This document shows positions 1-11,723 of a stretch of DNA of 64,000 nucleotides, one piece after another. Under the pieces are notes generated by a model. The model had not been told where the DNA came from. It saw only the letters and a list, made by a program, of their open reading frames with translations, and searched no databases. Within the stretch, counting starts at the first letter, position 1. The number at the start of each line of letters is the position of its first letter. Made by a program: the position numbers and the translations under genes. Origin of the DNA: Tubiluchus corallicola (Eukaryota > Animalia > Priapulida); contig JAQGDQ010000398.1 in the NCBI GenBank assembly GCA_030141605.1, positions 1 through 64,000 on the forward strand, written 5' to 3'.

Positions 1-1147
1 ACCACACCACCCACACCATAATACTCCACCACATCACACCACACTGCACCACAACACCCACCCACCCACACACCACGCCACCCACTCCATACCACACTAC
101 CCACACCACACCCCACACACCCTATCACCCCACCACACCATCCATAGCACAACACACAAAGCACACCACCACCACACCACATCAAATCCACCACCTCACG
201 TGGTGATCATGATGTTGATGATGATGATGATGATGGTGGCAATGATGACGACACCTATAGCACAAGCACCAACAGCACAGCATTACAACAAAACCATTCC
301 AAACTTTTTTCACAAAGTTGAAACTATGTGCTATAATATAATAAATAGCAAAGGCCCCGCAAAAGATTTTGCGTAAAAAACCACGTATAATCAATAACAC
401 GCGAACATTCTACCTAGTCCTCATTTTTAACACAAAGCCCGTAGCAGCGTTTACTGAATTACAGCAGCGTAGCAGCTTTTTGCTGAATTAAAGCTATAAG
501 ATTATAGACAGAATACAATGGATGACGTCACAACAATGCCTTTGCGTCAGCAGTTTTCTAAGCGAAAATTGCCGAAAATAGAACATCTAATTAACTCGCC
601 AGTACTCCTCTCGGTGGACCTGTCCTAACATATAGCCCACATCATCGTGTAGCCCTGTTCTTCCTCTTTCTAAAGAGCCGTATATCTCCTTCCGAGAGTC
701 CCACCAGGCGCCGCTAGAACGTTTTTTCCGCATGCTGTTTGGTCAAAATTTCGAAAAAATCGCGAGTTGGGTCCGGGAAAACGCCCGTTACGGGACGCCG
801 TGGCCCTCTCGCGAATTCTAAATATGCCTATGACACCCACCGCTGAACGGGCTATCTATCCATACCCAGCACCACCCTCGGCCCGTTCCCGTTCTCTACA
901 TCTCAGCCGTATAACTTTTGCAAAAAACGGCCGAAAAATGGCCATTTTTGGAGGTTTTTCGCCCCCCGTTCCTCCCGGTGGGCCCGATTCGAAAAATAAA
1001 CCCCCAATGAGACGACACTAGATCGAGACCCTTCTTTTGATATATAGATCGCCGCAAATGGTGCCCTCGTCCGGGCTGTAGCCTCGAATCTTATATATAT
1101 ATATATATATATATATATTAAGATACCAAGAATATTAATATAAGAGA
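1..1147 (-). mobile_element. Non-autonomous Helitron, long unit A (3' part runs off window start)
   Basis: On the minus strand the unit starts TCTCTTATATTAATATTC at 1147. The ~800-bp core is near-identical to 1148-1950 and 2935-3780. Bases 1-345 repeat about 2581-2935. An internal hairpin is followed by CTAT rather than CTAG at 345-348. Confidence 0.75.
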
Positions 1148-1950
1148 CTAGCAAAGGCCCCGCAAAAGATTTTGCGTACGTAGAAAACCACGTGTAATCA
1201 ATAACACGCGAACATCCTACCTAGTCCTCATTTATAACACAAAGCCCGTAACATCATGCCTACTGTTTGTTTAACTAACGCAAAGCCTGCAGCTTTTTGC
1301 TGAATTAAAGCTATAAGATTATAGACAGAGTACAATGGATGACGTCACAACAATGGCTTTGCGTCAGCAGTTTTCTAAGCGAAAATTGCCGAAAATAGAA
1401 CATCTAATTAACTCGTCAGTACTCCTCTCGGTGGACCTGCCCTAAAATATAGCCCACATCATCGTGTAGCCCCGTTCTTCCTCTTTCTAAAGAGCCGTAT
1501 ATCTCCTTCCGAGAGTCCCACCAGGCGCCGCTAGAACGTTTTTCCCGCAGGCTGTTTGGTCAAAATTTCGAAAAAATCGCGAGTTGGGTCCGGGAAAACG
1601 CCCGTTGCGGGGCGCCCTGGCCCTCTCGGGAATTCTAAGTATGCCTACTACACCCACCGCTGAACGGGCTATCTATCCATACCCAGCACCACCCTCGGCC
1701 CGTTCCCGTTCTCTACATCTCAGCCGTATAACTTTTGCAAAAAACGGCCGAAAAATGGCCATTTTTGGAGGTTTTTCGCCCCCCGTTCCTCCCGGTGGGC
1801 CCGATTCGAAAAATAAACCATCAATGAGACGACACTAGATCGAGACCTTTCGTTTGATATATAGATCGCCGCAAATGGTGCCCTCGTCCGGGCTGTAGCC
1901 TCGAATCTTATATATATATATATATATACCAAGAATATTAATATAAGAGA
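1148..1950 (-). mobile_element. Non-autonomous Helitron, short unit B
   Basis: 5' TC at 1950. The 3' end on minus is hairpin CGCAAAA-TC-TTTTGCG (1161-1176), then GGGCCTTTG-CTAG (1148-1151). It joins both neighbours directly as CTAG|TC with no TSD or TIR. Confidence 0.8.
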
Positions 1951-3707
1951 CTAGCCAAACCCCACAAAAAGAATTTTGTGCACAAATCAACACACAACCC
2001 ACACCACACCACTCCACCTCATCACACCACACTGCACCACACCATACCACTCCACCTCATCGCACCACACTGCACCACACCATACACCTACACACCACAC
2101 CACCCACACCATACCACTCCACCACATCACACCACACTGCACCACACCATACCACTGCACCACCCACACACCACACCACCCACACCATAATACTCCACCA
2201 CATCACACCGCACAGCACCACACCACCCACCCACCTACACACCACACCACCCACACCATACCACTCCACCACATCACACCACACTGCACCACACCATACC
2301 ACTGCCACTGCACCACCCACACACCACACCACACCACCCACACCATAATACTCCACCACATCACACCACAGCACCACACCATAACACCACACTGCACCAC
2401 ACCACCCACCCACCTACACACCACACCACCCATACCATACCACTCCACCACATCACACCACACCACACCATACCACTGCAGCACACCGCACCACCCACAC
2501 ACCACACCACACCACCCACACCATACGACTCCACCACATCACACCACACTGCACCACACCATACCACTGCACTGCACCACACCACACCACACCACACCAC
2601 CCACACCATAATACTCCACCACATCACACCACACTGCACCACAACACCCGCCCACCCACACACCACGCCACCCACTCCATACCACACTACCCACACCACA
2701 CCCCACACACCCTACCACCCCACCACACCATCCATAGCACAACACACAAAGCACACCACCACCACACCACATCAAATCCACCACCTCACGTGGTGATCGT
2801 GATGTTGATGATGATGATGATGGTGGTGGCAACGATGACGACACCTATAGCACAAGCACCAACAGCACAGCATTGCAACAAAACCATTCCAAACATTTTT
2901 CACAAAGTTGAAACTATGTGCTATAATATAATAAATAGCAAAGGCCCCGCAAAAGATTTTGCATAAAAAACCACGTGTAATCAATAATACGCGAACGTCC
3001 TACACAGTCCTCATTTATAACACAACGCCCGTAACATCCTGCCTACCGTTTGTTTAACTAACGCAAACCCGTAGCAGGCAGCTTTTTGCTGAATTAAAGT
3101 TATAAGATTACAGCAGAGTACAATGGATGACGTCACAACAATGCCTTTGCGTCAACAGTTTTCTAAGCGAAAATTGCCGAAAATAGAACTCCTAATTAAC
3201 TCGCCAATACTCCTCTCGGTGGACCTGCCCTAACATATAGCCCACATCATCGTGTAGCCCCGTTCTTCCTCTTTGTAAAGAGCCCCATATCTCTTTCCGA
3301 GAGTCCCACCAAGCGCCGCTAGAACGTTTTTCCCGCAGGCTGTTTGGTCAAAATTTCGAAAAAATCGCGAGTTGGGTCCGGGAAAACGCCCGTTGCGGGG
3401 CGCCCTGGCCCTCTCGGGAATTCTAAATAGGCCTACTACACCCACCGCTGAACGGGCTATCTATCCATACCCAGCACCCCCCTCGGCCCGTTCCCGTTCT
3501 CTACATCTCAGCCGTATAACTTTTGCAAAAAACGGCCGAAAAAGGGCCATTTTTGGAGGTTTTTCGCCCCCCCCCTTCCTCGCGGTGGGCCCAATTCGAA
3601 AAATAAACCATCAATGGCACGACACTAGATCGAGACCTTTCGTTTGATATATAGATCGCCGCAAATGGTGCCCTCGTCCGGGCTGTAGCCTCGAATCTTA
3701 TATATAA

Positions 3708-3750
<43 letters not shown>

Positions 3751-3784
3751 GCCCATACCAAGAATATTAATATAAGAGTATAGA
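1951..3784 (-). mobile_element. Non-autonomous Helitron, long unit C (core plus ~1 kb extension with a second terminus)
   Basis: 5' end TCTATACTCTTATATTAAT near 3784. Core 2935-3780 has a mutated CTAT terminus. The extension 1951-2934 ends in a different hairpin (CACAAAAAGAATTTTGTG, 1963-1980) plus CTAG at 1951-1954. Confidence 0.72.
1990..2770. repeat. CAC/CACCA-rich complex minisatellite inside the Helitron extension (also 1-180)
   Basis: Recurrent ACCACACC, CCATACCACTCCACCACATCAC and ACTGCACC blocks; source of the H/T/P- and V/W/C/G-rich pseudo-ORFs. Confidence 0.9.
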
Positions 3785-4607
3785 TATAATGTATTGCTTC
3801 TTAATTTTTATATGTTCATATATGATTACCTTGTTTATGTTTATGCTTATAATGTTTATACAGCTACCTATGTGACCAAAATTCAAAACTATGGTTAGTT
3901 AAGTTTGCGGGACTATTGTTTGTTTAATTATTTTGTTTGCTTTTTTATTTTTTGTTTTTATTTCAGCACATTGTACATACTGTATAGATAACATTTTATA
4001 GTAAAGTATGCAGAATGCAGTTAAAGCTTTATCATTAGTTTCTTTAACAATTGTAATAAAGAAGTTTGAGGACACCTCCAACTGTAGTTCAGCTATCGAA
4101 ACTAAACAATCTTTAGACGTACTCTTTTAAAGCAAAACGTGTCTGATTTTCCTTTCCGTCTGAGATTGTATTTTTTAAGGTTTTCTGACATTGCTAACAG
4201 ATAGGTAAATACAGGAGATGATGATGATAAAGATGATACTGCTATTGCTGTTGATGCAATAAAATTATATTTTTTAGAAGCATGAATATGCACTGTTGAA
4301 ATTATTAATGCGTCATCACCAATCTATCAAAAATGGTGTGTTTCTTGTGCATTAAAATCATGATAAAGCAAGTGCAAAACATGTGATGAACCGACAACTG
4401 CAACAGATCTGGAATGTCCCGTATTGCGAACATATGCAGCAATGCACGATTTTGTGTTTTTCAAGAACATTACTGCGCATTAAGGACCTACCAAACGTAC
4501 TGCTCGTGCAGAATGCTTGTGTTATTCTTCAGAATGTGACCTCAGAATTAAGATAGAGCAGTAGGTTAGTAACAATTAATTTTTTAAAGCACAAAGAGAG
4601 CAATGGA

Positions 4608-7600
4608 TTAATAGAACCTATTTGTAAACAGATAGTCGTTTAAGATATGTTTAACTTCATTAAAGATGATGTAAATCAGAGAAGATGTTTGGTAATCATT
4701 CTCAAGTATGTAATCAAAGAGCATGTTGAACTGCTCTTCTGTCAGCGCACAAACACTTGCAGTGGAAGGCAAGCAGGTTGACGGATTTGTCGTACTGAGA
4801 CCAACCAACATCATAGGATCAACATTCCAAGTGAAGAGATTTCCGGTATTTATACAGGATAGCCTCATTGTATCTGGAAATTATGAAATAATGTAATGTA
4901 AGCATATCCAGTGCTGAACCCATTACTATTACTTAGTAAGAAACTACAGTGTTCTGCCGTTGTGTGACAACATGCCATTAAATAGCGTACATTACGAAAT
5001 TATATCACCTTATTACAGTTTTGTACGAATAAAGTACTCACAATTGCGGATTTTGCCCAATTTCAAAAAAGTTTCAATTCTAATATATGTTACAAATATT
5101 GCAACGACATTAAATTACTAATTAGCAAACCCTCTAAGTAACATTAAATTAAATTGTCAGGAGTTTGCTTTTCTACTGTTCTGACAGAATCAATTTTTTC
5201 ACGGCACTTGTTCAAAATGCCATCCTCTGAAATTTTCCGTCCGGGGCGCACCGCACCCTCCTTTTAGCAATGCCACCGAGACCAATGGCTTCCTGCTGTG
5301 GCTTTTGTTGAGCGCAACCTCTGTTTTGTTTGCTTTGGTTATTTTAACCTCTCTTTGTTAATATATTCTGTTTCTTGTTTTAGTTTCTCTGATAATTATA
5401 CAATAAAAATGGCATCACCATACACATATTATCTTGCAACTAACAGATTTAGTTCTAAAGTGCTAAGAACACACACACACAAGAATATATACATACAAAT
5501 GCAACGATATTCATTTTTTGAACTTACTGATCATATTTTTTTTACATTTCAACATTATGTATGTACATTTACATACTTATAATGTCCATGGATAGTTTGC
5601 TATCATGTATGGTAATGCCAGTGATAGTTCCTGAAAAGGGATAGTCCGAATTAATTGCAGATGAAGCATGTAAATCTTGTCCAATTAACAGTCGCCCACC
5701 GCTTTCTATTATCCCATGATCAGAAATAAAGGTACCACCTGAATAATAAGAATAAAAATGCTATGTAATATCTGGAATAAAGTGTAAATTTCATTTACGA
5801 GCTTTTGAACTATACGCCCCACTATATATTATCGTATGTTGTATCGTATATCGTTTGCAATTAGACCCAGCAATATTTTTGTATGTAAACCCTGCAGGTA
5901 GAAAGTTTGAATTTCACGAAATTCATGTTGTTTGTAGGATTCATCATGTTTCAGTAAAGACTACCGATCTTAGAAAACCAAAGAAAAAAATCAATCTTTG
6001 AAAAGTTATCTTCCTAAATTTTACTTTTTTTTGACAATGCCAGAAAGTATCATTCGATTATGTTATTTGTTCTTCAAATTAACATGGCAGGCCTAATGGT
6101 GGGCTAACATGGCAGTGGAATTATTTTAAATTTCTCCATTTAAAACACGATCTGTCTGGTACTTTTTACACTAATTTTAAAGTCTCTCAGTATAAAATTC
6201 CTAAAACTATAATAGTAATTACCATTGTGAAAAAGTGACTTAATTTGTAAGAACTGACATCTAGTTTCCGTTTCACTCAAATGTTCAGCTTATTTTTCGT
6301 GTCAGTAGTAGTGGACATTGTTCGTGCTATCTTTACAGTTTCTTTGTGATTGTTTAAGCAGAACTTTAACGTTTATTTAAGAAGTTAATCATCTTAAAGA
6401 ATTTTTAGGCTTATGCTACATAAAAACGTTCGCGGGCAGCGTTTAGAAGGCTGAAAGAACTCATACATTGTGAATGGGTGATAAAATTTGGCAGCCGACA
6501 GAAAGACATGCCTACTCTAGAAGGTTTTCCTATTTTTTGAGTGTCGGACGTCAAGCTTCTGCGATGACTAGGCTGTGAATTATTTATACGAATACATGAC
6601 GTAAAAAAGCAAGCCTTGCAAAAATTAAATTTATATCGTTGATATCGTCCAATTTTTCCCAGATGAACATAGAAATTAGAAGCCAGACGCCTTGCGTTTA
6701 GTGTATTATTGTCTCAATTGTATTGGGCTGTCATTAAATTAGGCAAAACTTAAAGGTTGTAAGTGAAATGCAGTTCTAATTTGCAATTTATTATCTCAGT
6801 GTTCACAAAATTTTTACCAAAGGACCCCTCAAAGCGTCGCAATCACTGAAGTTGTGTCCAAATGTGTATTGCATTCTGTACAAGGAACTGCAATATATAA
6901 AATAACATTTCGAATTCCAAGATAAGTGATAACTTGCTATTTGAATTAAACTGAAACCGTTGCGAAGCAAAGAAAATTACTTACTTGCAAACATGCCATC
7001 CAAGGAAAGCCAAAATTCTCCTGTTGCAGTATTGTGAGAAGCAGTGACATAATGCCACTGGTCGTCCCTTAGGGTTGAGCAGAAGTTGTTGCCATCTAAT
7101 CTGAAAAAGTCACAAGGTATAATGTGCTACCATACTGTATCCCCAGTTTTGTTTCTGACAAAAAGAGTTGATGACCTCATAAGCCCAACTAAACTCAGTG
7201 TTTGAATGTCAAATAAATAAAAGGAAAAACATGCAAGATTTTTTTACATAAAATAATCAATTAATAAGAAATCAGCAAGAAATAGGGTCTAGAATTCTAT
7301 ATGAATGAAATAGTGGTGTTATGAATTTATTTTAAAATAAGAAATTAATCAATAAAGTATTCGGAATTAGATTAATTATAACAGATTAGATCTTGAACGA
7401 AGATTATACCGTTCAACCATAATGACTCACTCAGCTTGTACCTTGAGTTAATGCGTAAGGGATCAGAGGTTGATAGATAATGAAGATTTGATATATTAGA
7501 TAAAAATTCAGTAGACATGTAACGACAAATGAACTCTGAAAAGTAGGAAGAGTAATTATCCCACATTAGCCAGATAGGCACAAGTACGACAGAGCGCAAA

Positions 7601-10600
7601 CTTCCGAATTAGAATAGCCAACGGTCAAAAGAGTTTTTGCTATAAGCCAAACTCGTGGTGGACGATTGTCGCGGTTCAGTTTATAATTAGCCCAAAGACG
7701 GAGACTTTACGCCGTCAGAGCGAATACAATAAGTGACTCTCCTCTCAGGATCAATAGGTACCATCTTGGATGATCAGCCATGTAGTTCTTAACGTGTCAC
7801 TGACAAATGTCATGTCAAGTGACCTTAGATTCAAAAGACAGTACAGAGAGAATTTGGGAGGTTGTTGACGATTGGGTTGCTGAACGCAAGGAGCTGAGGA
7901 GAGCTGCGAGGTCTATCGGAGAGACGTTCTTGGAGAAGAGATATTTCTATAGCTCAGCGTGGATAAGAATTCTACGTCGTTTGACTGTCAAACCTCTGAT
8001 GCTTAGAGTCTCTAGTAGGAATCTGGATCTGGCCAATTACAGTTGTTAGATTGGCCAGGCCGCAAGTTAAGTAATCTTACGATTATCTTAGTTTCACATA
8101 ACGGATCAGCATAATTGTTGTAACTTGCATTTAGTATGAAAGACGTTTTAGAGAGTAACAGTTAAACACTGGCAATTGATCGGTATATCATCAGCGATAT
8201 ATCATTTCTAGTTTTGAGCGTCCACAAGCGCATAAGTTAAATACTTGTAAACTTGACGAATCGTATTCTTCTGTTAACTGCTTTGGTAAATGTTCAATAA
8301 ATGTTATCATCACTGTTACTGGTTTGTTGAATTACTTTGCTGAATCGGAAGTAATCGTAAGTGCATTCTCGTAAAGACGCTACCTGCTTCACGAACCTAG
8401 AGTATTCACATTGAAAAGGCTTATTGTGGAAGCCAGCTTGATAACTCGAAAGATAAAGATCTATTTCACAATGCATATTTCGTGGTTCAAGGTCGCGTGG
8501 GAAGGTATCATTGCCCTATCGATCAACCTAAGCTCTCGGAGTCGGGCAATTAATCGATCACAAATTAATTGTCTCAAAGCGTGTGGATTAATGAATTAAA
8601 TCGTGTTGTATAAAATCCACAACGATAGTGGTTCATAGCTCGATTTCAGATAGAATCACTGTTGTTTGACAGAGGAATGACCACGAGGACATTGTAATTG
8701 ACCAGAGGCCAATGAGCTGAAAGTCGGCAAAAGTGGAGAATTTTTTCTATCCTGCCTATAAAGTGTAGCCTTTATTGTGTCAGTAATAAATGTTTGAAAC
8801 TTGAAGTTATCAGCGTGGTATTTGTTAACGTGACGCTAGGCCAGGCCACAGAACAAGTACCTAGCACGGTTTTGACTGCACGTAACGATGGGAGCTTTTT
8901 ATTCGGCACAAACATAGGCGTGTGAGAACGGAAAAAGAGAGATGAGTCGTCGTCATTTAACGTATTTCAGAAAGAGATCTGGAACTACCCCTTAGTTGCT
9001 GACTGCGTTAAGTTACAGTGGGTTGCAAAGCTGCTGAAAAAGCCAATAATAGAATTAATACATATAATACACGAATGCACTAATTTATCCGAATTATTTT
9101 AATAGTAAATAAAACTTTTTTATAGTAAATAAACTGTTTTTATTTACTAGGTAATATATTTAATACTGTCGGGATTGATAACTGCTAAGCTGCATAGAAG
9201 ATTAGTAATACTGAAATCCAGCGCAGGGACAAGTTCGTTAAAAACTAGTTAAATTGGTACTACTAAATATGCATTAAACCTGGGTAAATTCTCATTGCTT
9301 TATCAGAAATCATTTTCAATGAAGACCTCCCTTGGCGCTTTGATTAGGACGCTGAGCGGTGTGTGTGGCAAGGTTAAATACAATCACTGTGACAAGAAAC
9401 TAGCAGGAAGTGGGTGGAAACACGATGTTGCAATGAGAAAATGGATAAAAATCCCTACTTCTGAAGGTGAATCAAAGTTAACCCTAAAGCTGCCAAACTG
9501 AAACCAATACCTTCACCTTTAGCATCGGGTTTTCAAGAGCTATACTCGTCCAGATCCAGACATAATCAGTTATTCCAGAAAGCTCAAAATTTTTCAAGAG
9601 ATTTAGGGAGATATTGCGATCAGTTTCTTCCCGAAGCAAAAACTCGCGAACTTAAAAAAAATGTTGAAACGTAGAATTCAACATAAAATATGCTAGAAGC
9701 TATTAGTATATTGCTGTTACAAGAGACCAACTTTGGAGAAAATTTGTACTGTCCGTTAAGTCCTCAAAGAAGAATTAAATGTTATGTTAACCAAAAGTTC
9801 CACAAAACGTCATTTCACAACAGCTGTAATCAAGATAAAATCAATTAAATTTGCAAGAACTCATATTGCTGTTAGTGTTAGTTGATGGCAACACCTGCGT
9901 GAATTTACCTGTGAAAATTTGTAAATTTGTAAATAAGTCGAATCTCATTAAAAAGACTGACAACCTAAGGAGACGTTTGTACAACGTTTCCATAGATTTA
10001 TTTAAGTTGCTATAGAGGCACGATGTGAGTAATTAGTATTTTCTTTATTTTGATCTTTATTATTATCTTTATAATAACTAAATAATTGTGCATTTGTAAA
10101 TTGTGCAAGCAGCAGCTTTGTTATTTCTAATTTTTATATGCAGAAAGAAAGATTTCCGAGAACTCTGTATGCTAGGGTAGAAATTATTTTCGTGTTCCCC
10201 TAATAACAACTTACGTCTTTTCACCGTCTATATAAATTACTAGGTTATTCCCAGAACAGAGAATTACGAATTGATTGCCGAAGTCGCCATTTGTAGTTCC
10301 AGCCCCATACCCTAGCAGTGCAAATTTCATAGGATCATTCGTTTTCACCCACTAAAAAATAGAAAACGCGGTGCCAAACATTATTCATAAACTATATAAA
10401 GGAACGCAACGTAGCATTAAAAAACAAAGATAAGAACAAGAACAAACGTCAAGAGAAAAGCAGAATCGAAACAGGAGAAGAGGAAGAGGAAGAGGAGGAG
10501 GAGGAGGAGGAGGAGGTAGCAACAAAGCAACAAGAACAGAACACTGGCCTTTTGCTTCGGCACATTCATCTGCAATTAAGCACCGTGATCGACAACTGAT

Positions 10601-11653
10601 TACTAGCAAAGTACAAAGCCATACAAAAATCAACGAAACGAGAATAAGGACAGCATTGGAAGTTTTATTTGTTATCACATTCAGTACAATAGTGGCATCA
10701 ATACATGGCGACAAACTATCAATATTGTTACATCATACGGTAATGTCATGTCTCATGCACTATTGTTATCATAAAAGGAAAATTGTACTACAGTGAATCA
10801 GAGAGCAAAAGTTTGTGTAATCCCATCGATATGTGAATAAAAGAAAAAAGGAAAAGATTAGATCGCATACGAAAAGAAGAAGGATGCATCAATGCAAATC
10901 TTAGGAAGAAGAAGGTTTAGATTATGCGACGTTTACACGGCTCTAAAAATCAATCAATGTTTTATGCATAATCTGTACCGGGATTGTGTTATAGCTGTTG
11001 CAATAAAAAATTAATAAGTCTTGTATTTATAGAAAATCATTGCTTTGTACTTCTTTTGACATTTTTCTATTGGCTGAATCATTTTTAGTTCATCATTTAT
11101 GCCGCGTCTCGTGTTTTTTTTACAGAAATTAATGATAAATTAAAGATAAATTCTGATAACGTCGATCATTAGATTGAACACCAACACAGACACCAACAAC
11201 AAGTTTTAAAATGTACATGTACTATAACAAACAGCGTTACAATCGCTAAAATTGTTCAGTGGTTGATTTTTTTGCAGTGAAAACGCACAAAACCTTTATG
11301 GTACTCAGAAACCTTTTCACGTCCCATAAAGATTTTCTGCTCAATTGGCAACTTTTGTTCAGATGTCAACAGAAAAATGTCGATGCCATGTGACGAATAA
11401 AAGAAGATAAAATTTAGGTTTAATTAAAAGACTTGTGAAAAATTCAAACAAGCTACTTGAATTATTTAGGTAAGCCTTACTTACCATGCCTACTGTTATT
11501 TGAGTCAAGTCCGTAGTGATCACATTATTACATGTATGTAGTTGTATCCCGCATAGGATAATTCACCATTATCCCTGATTCCGTAACACTTGGTGGAACA
11601 TCAACAACAAAGCAAGTAGGAGTTAAGCCTATAATAATATTAATGATGATGAT

Positions 11654-11723
<70 letters not shown>

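Noticed and set aside
1835-2984. His/Thr/Pro-rich and Val/Trp/Cys-rich ORFs
   Set aside because: Translations of the CAC minisatellite, open in several frames on both strands.
767-3761. Repeated 84-91 aa ORF MGPGKRPL... in each Helitron unit
   Set aside because: Non-ATG start, C-termini differ by frameshift, no Rep/helicase motifs; it recurs only because the DNA is repeated.
10850-10900. Minus-strand SFFFSYAI as pentraxin exon 4
   Set aside because: Followed at once by a stop; the phase-consistent exon is 10215-10351.
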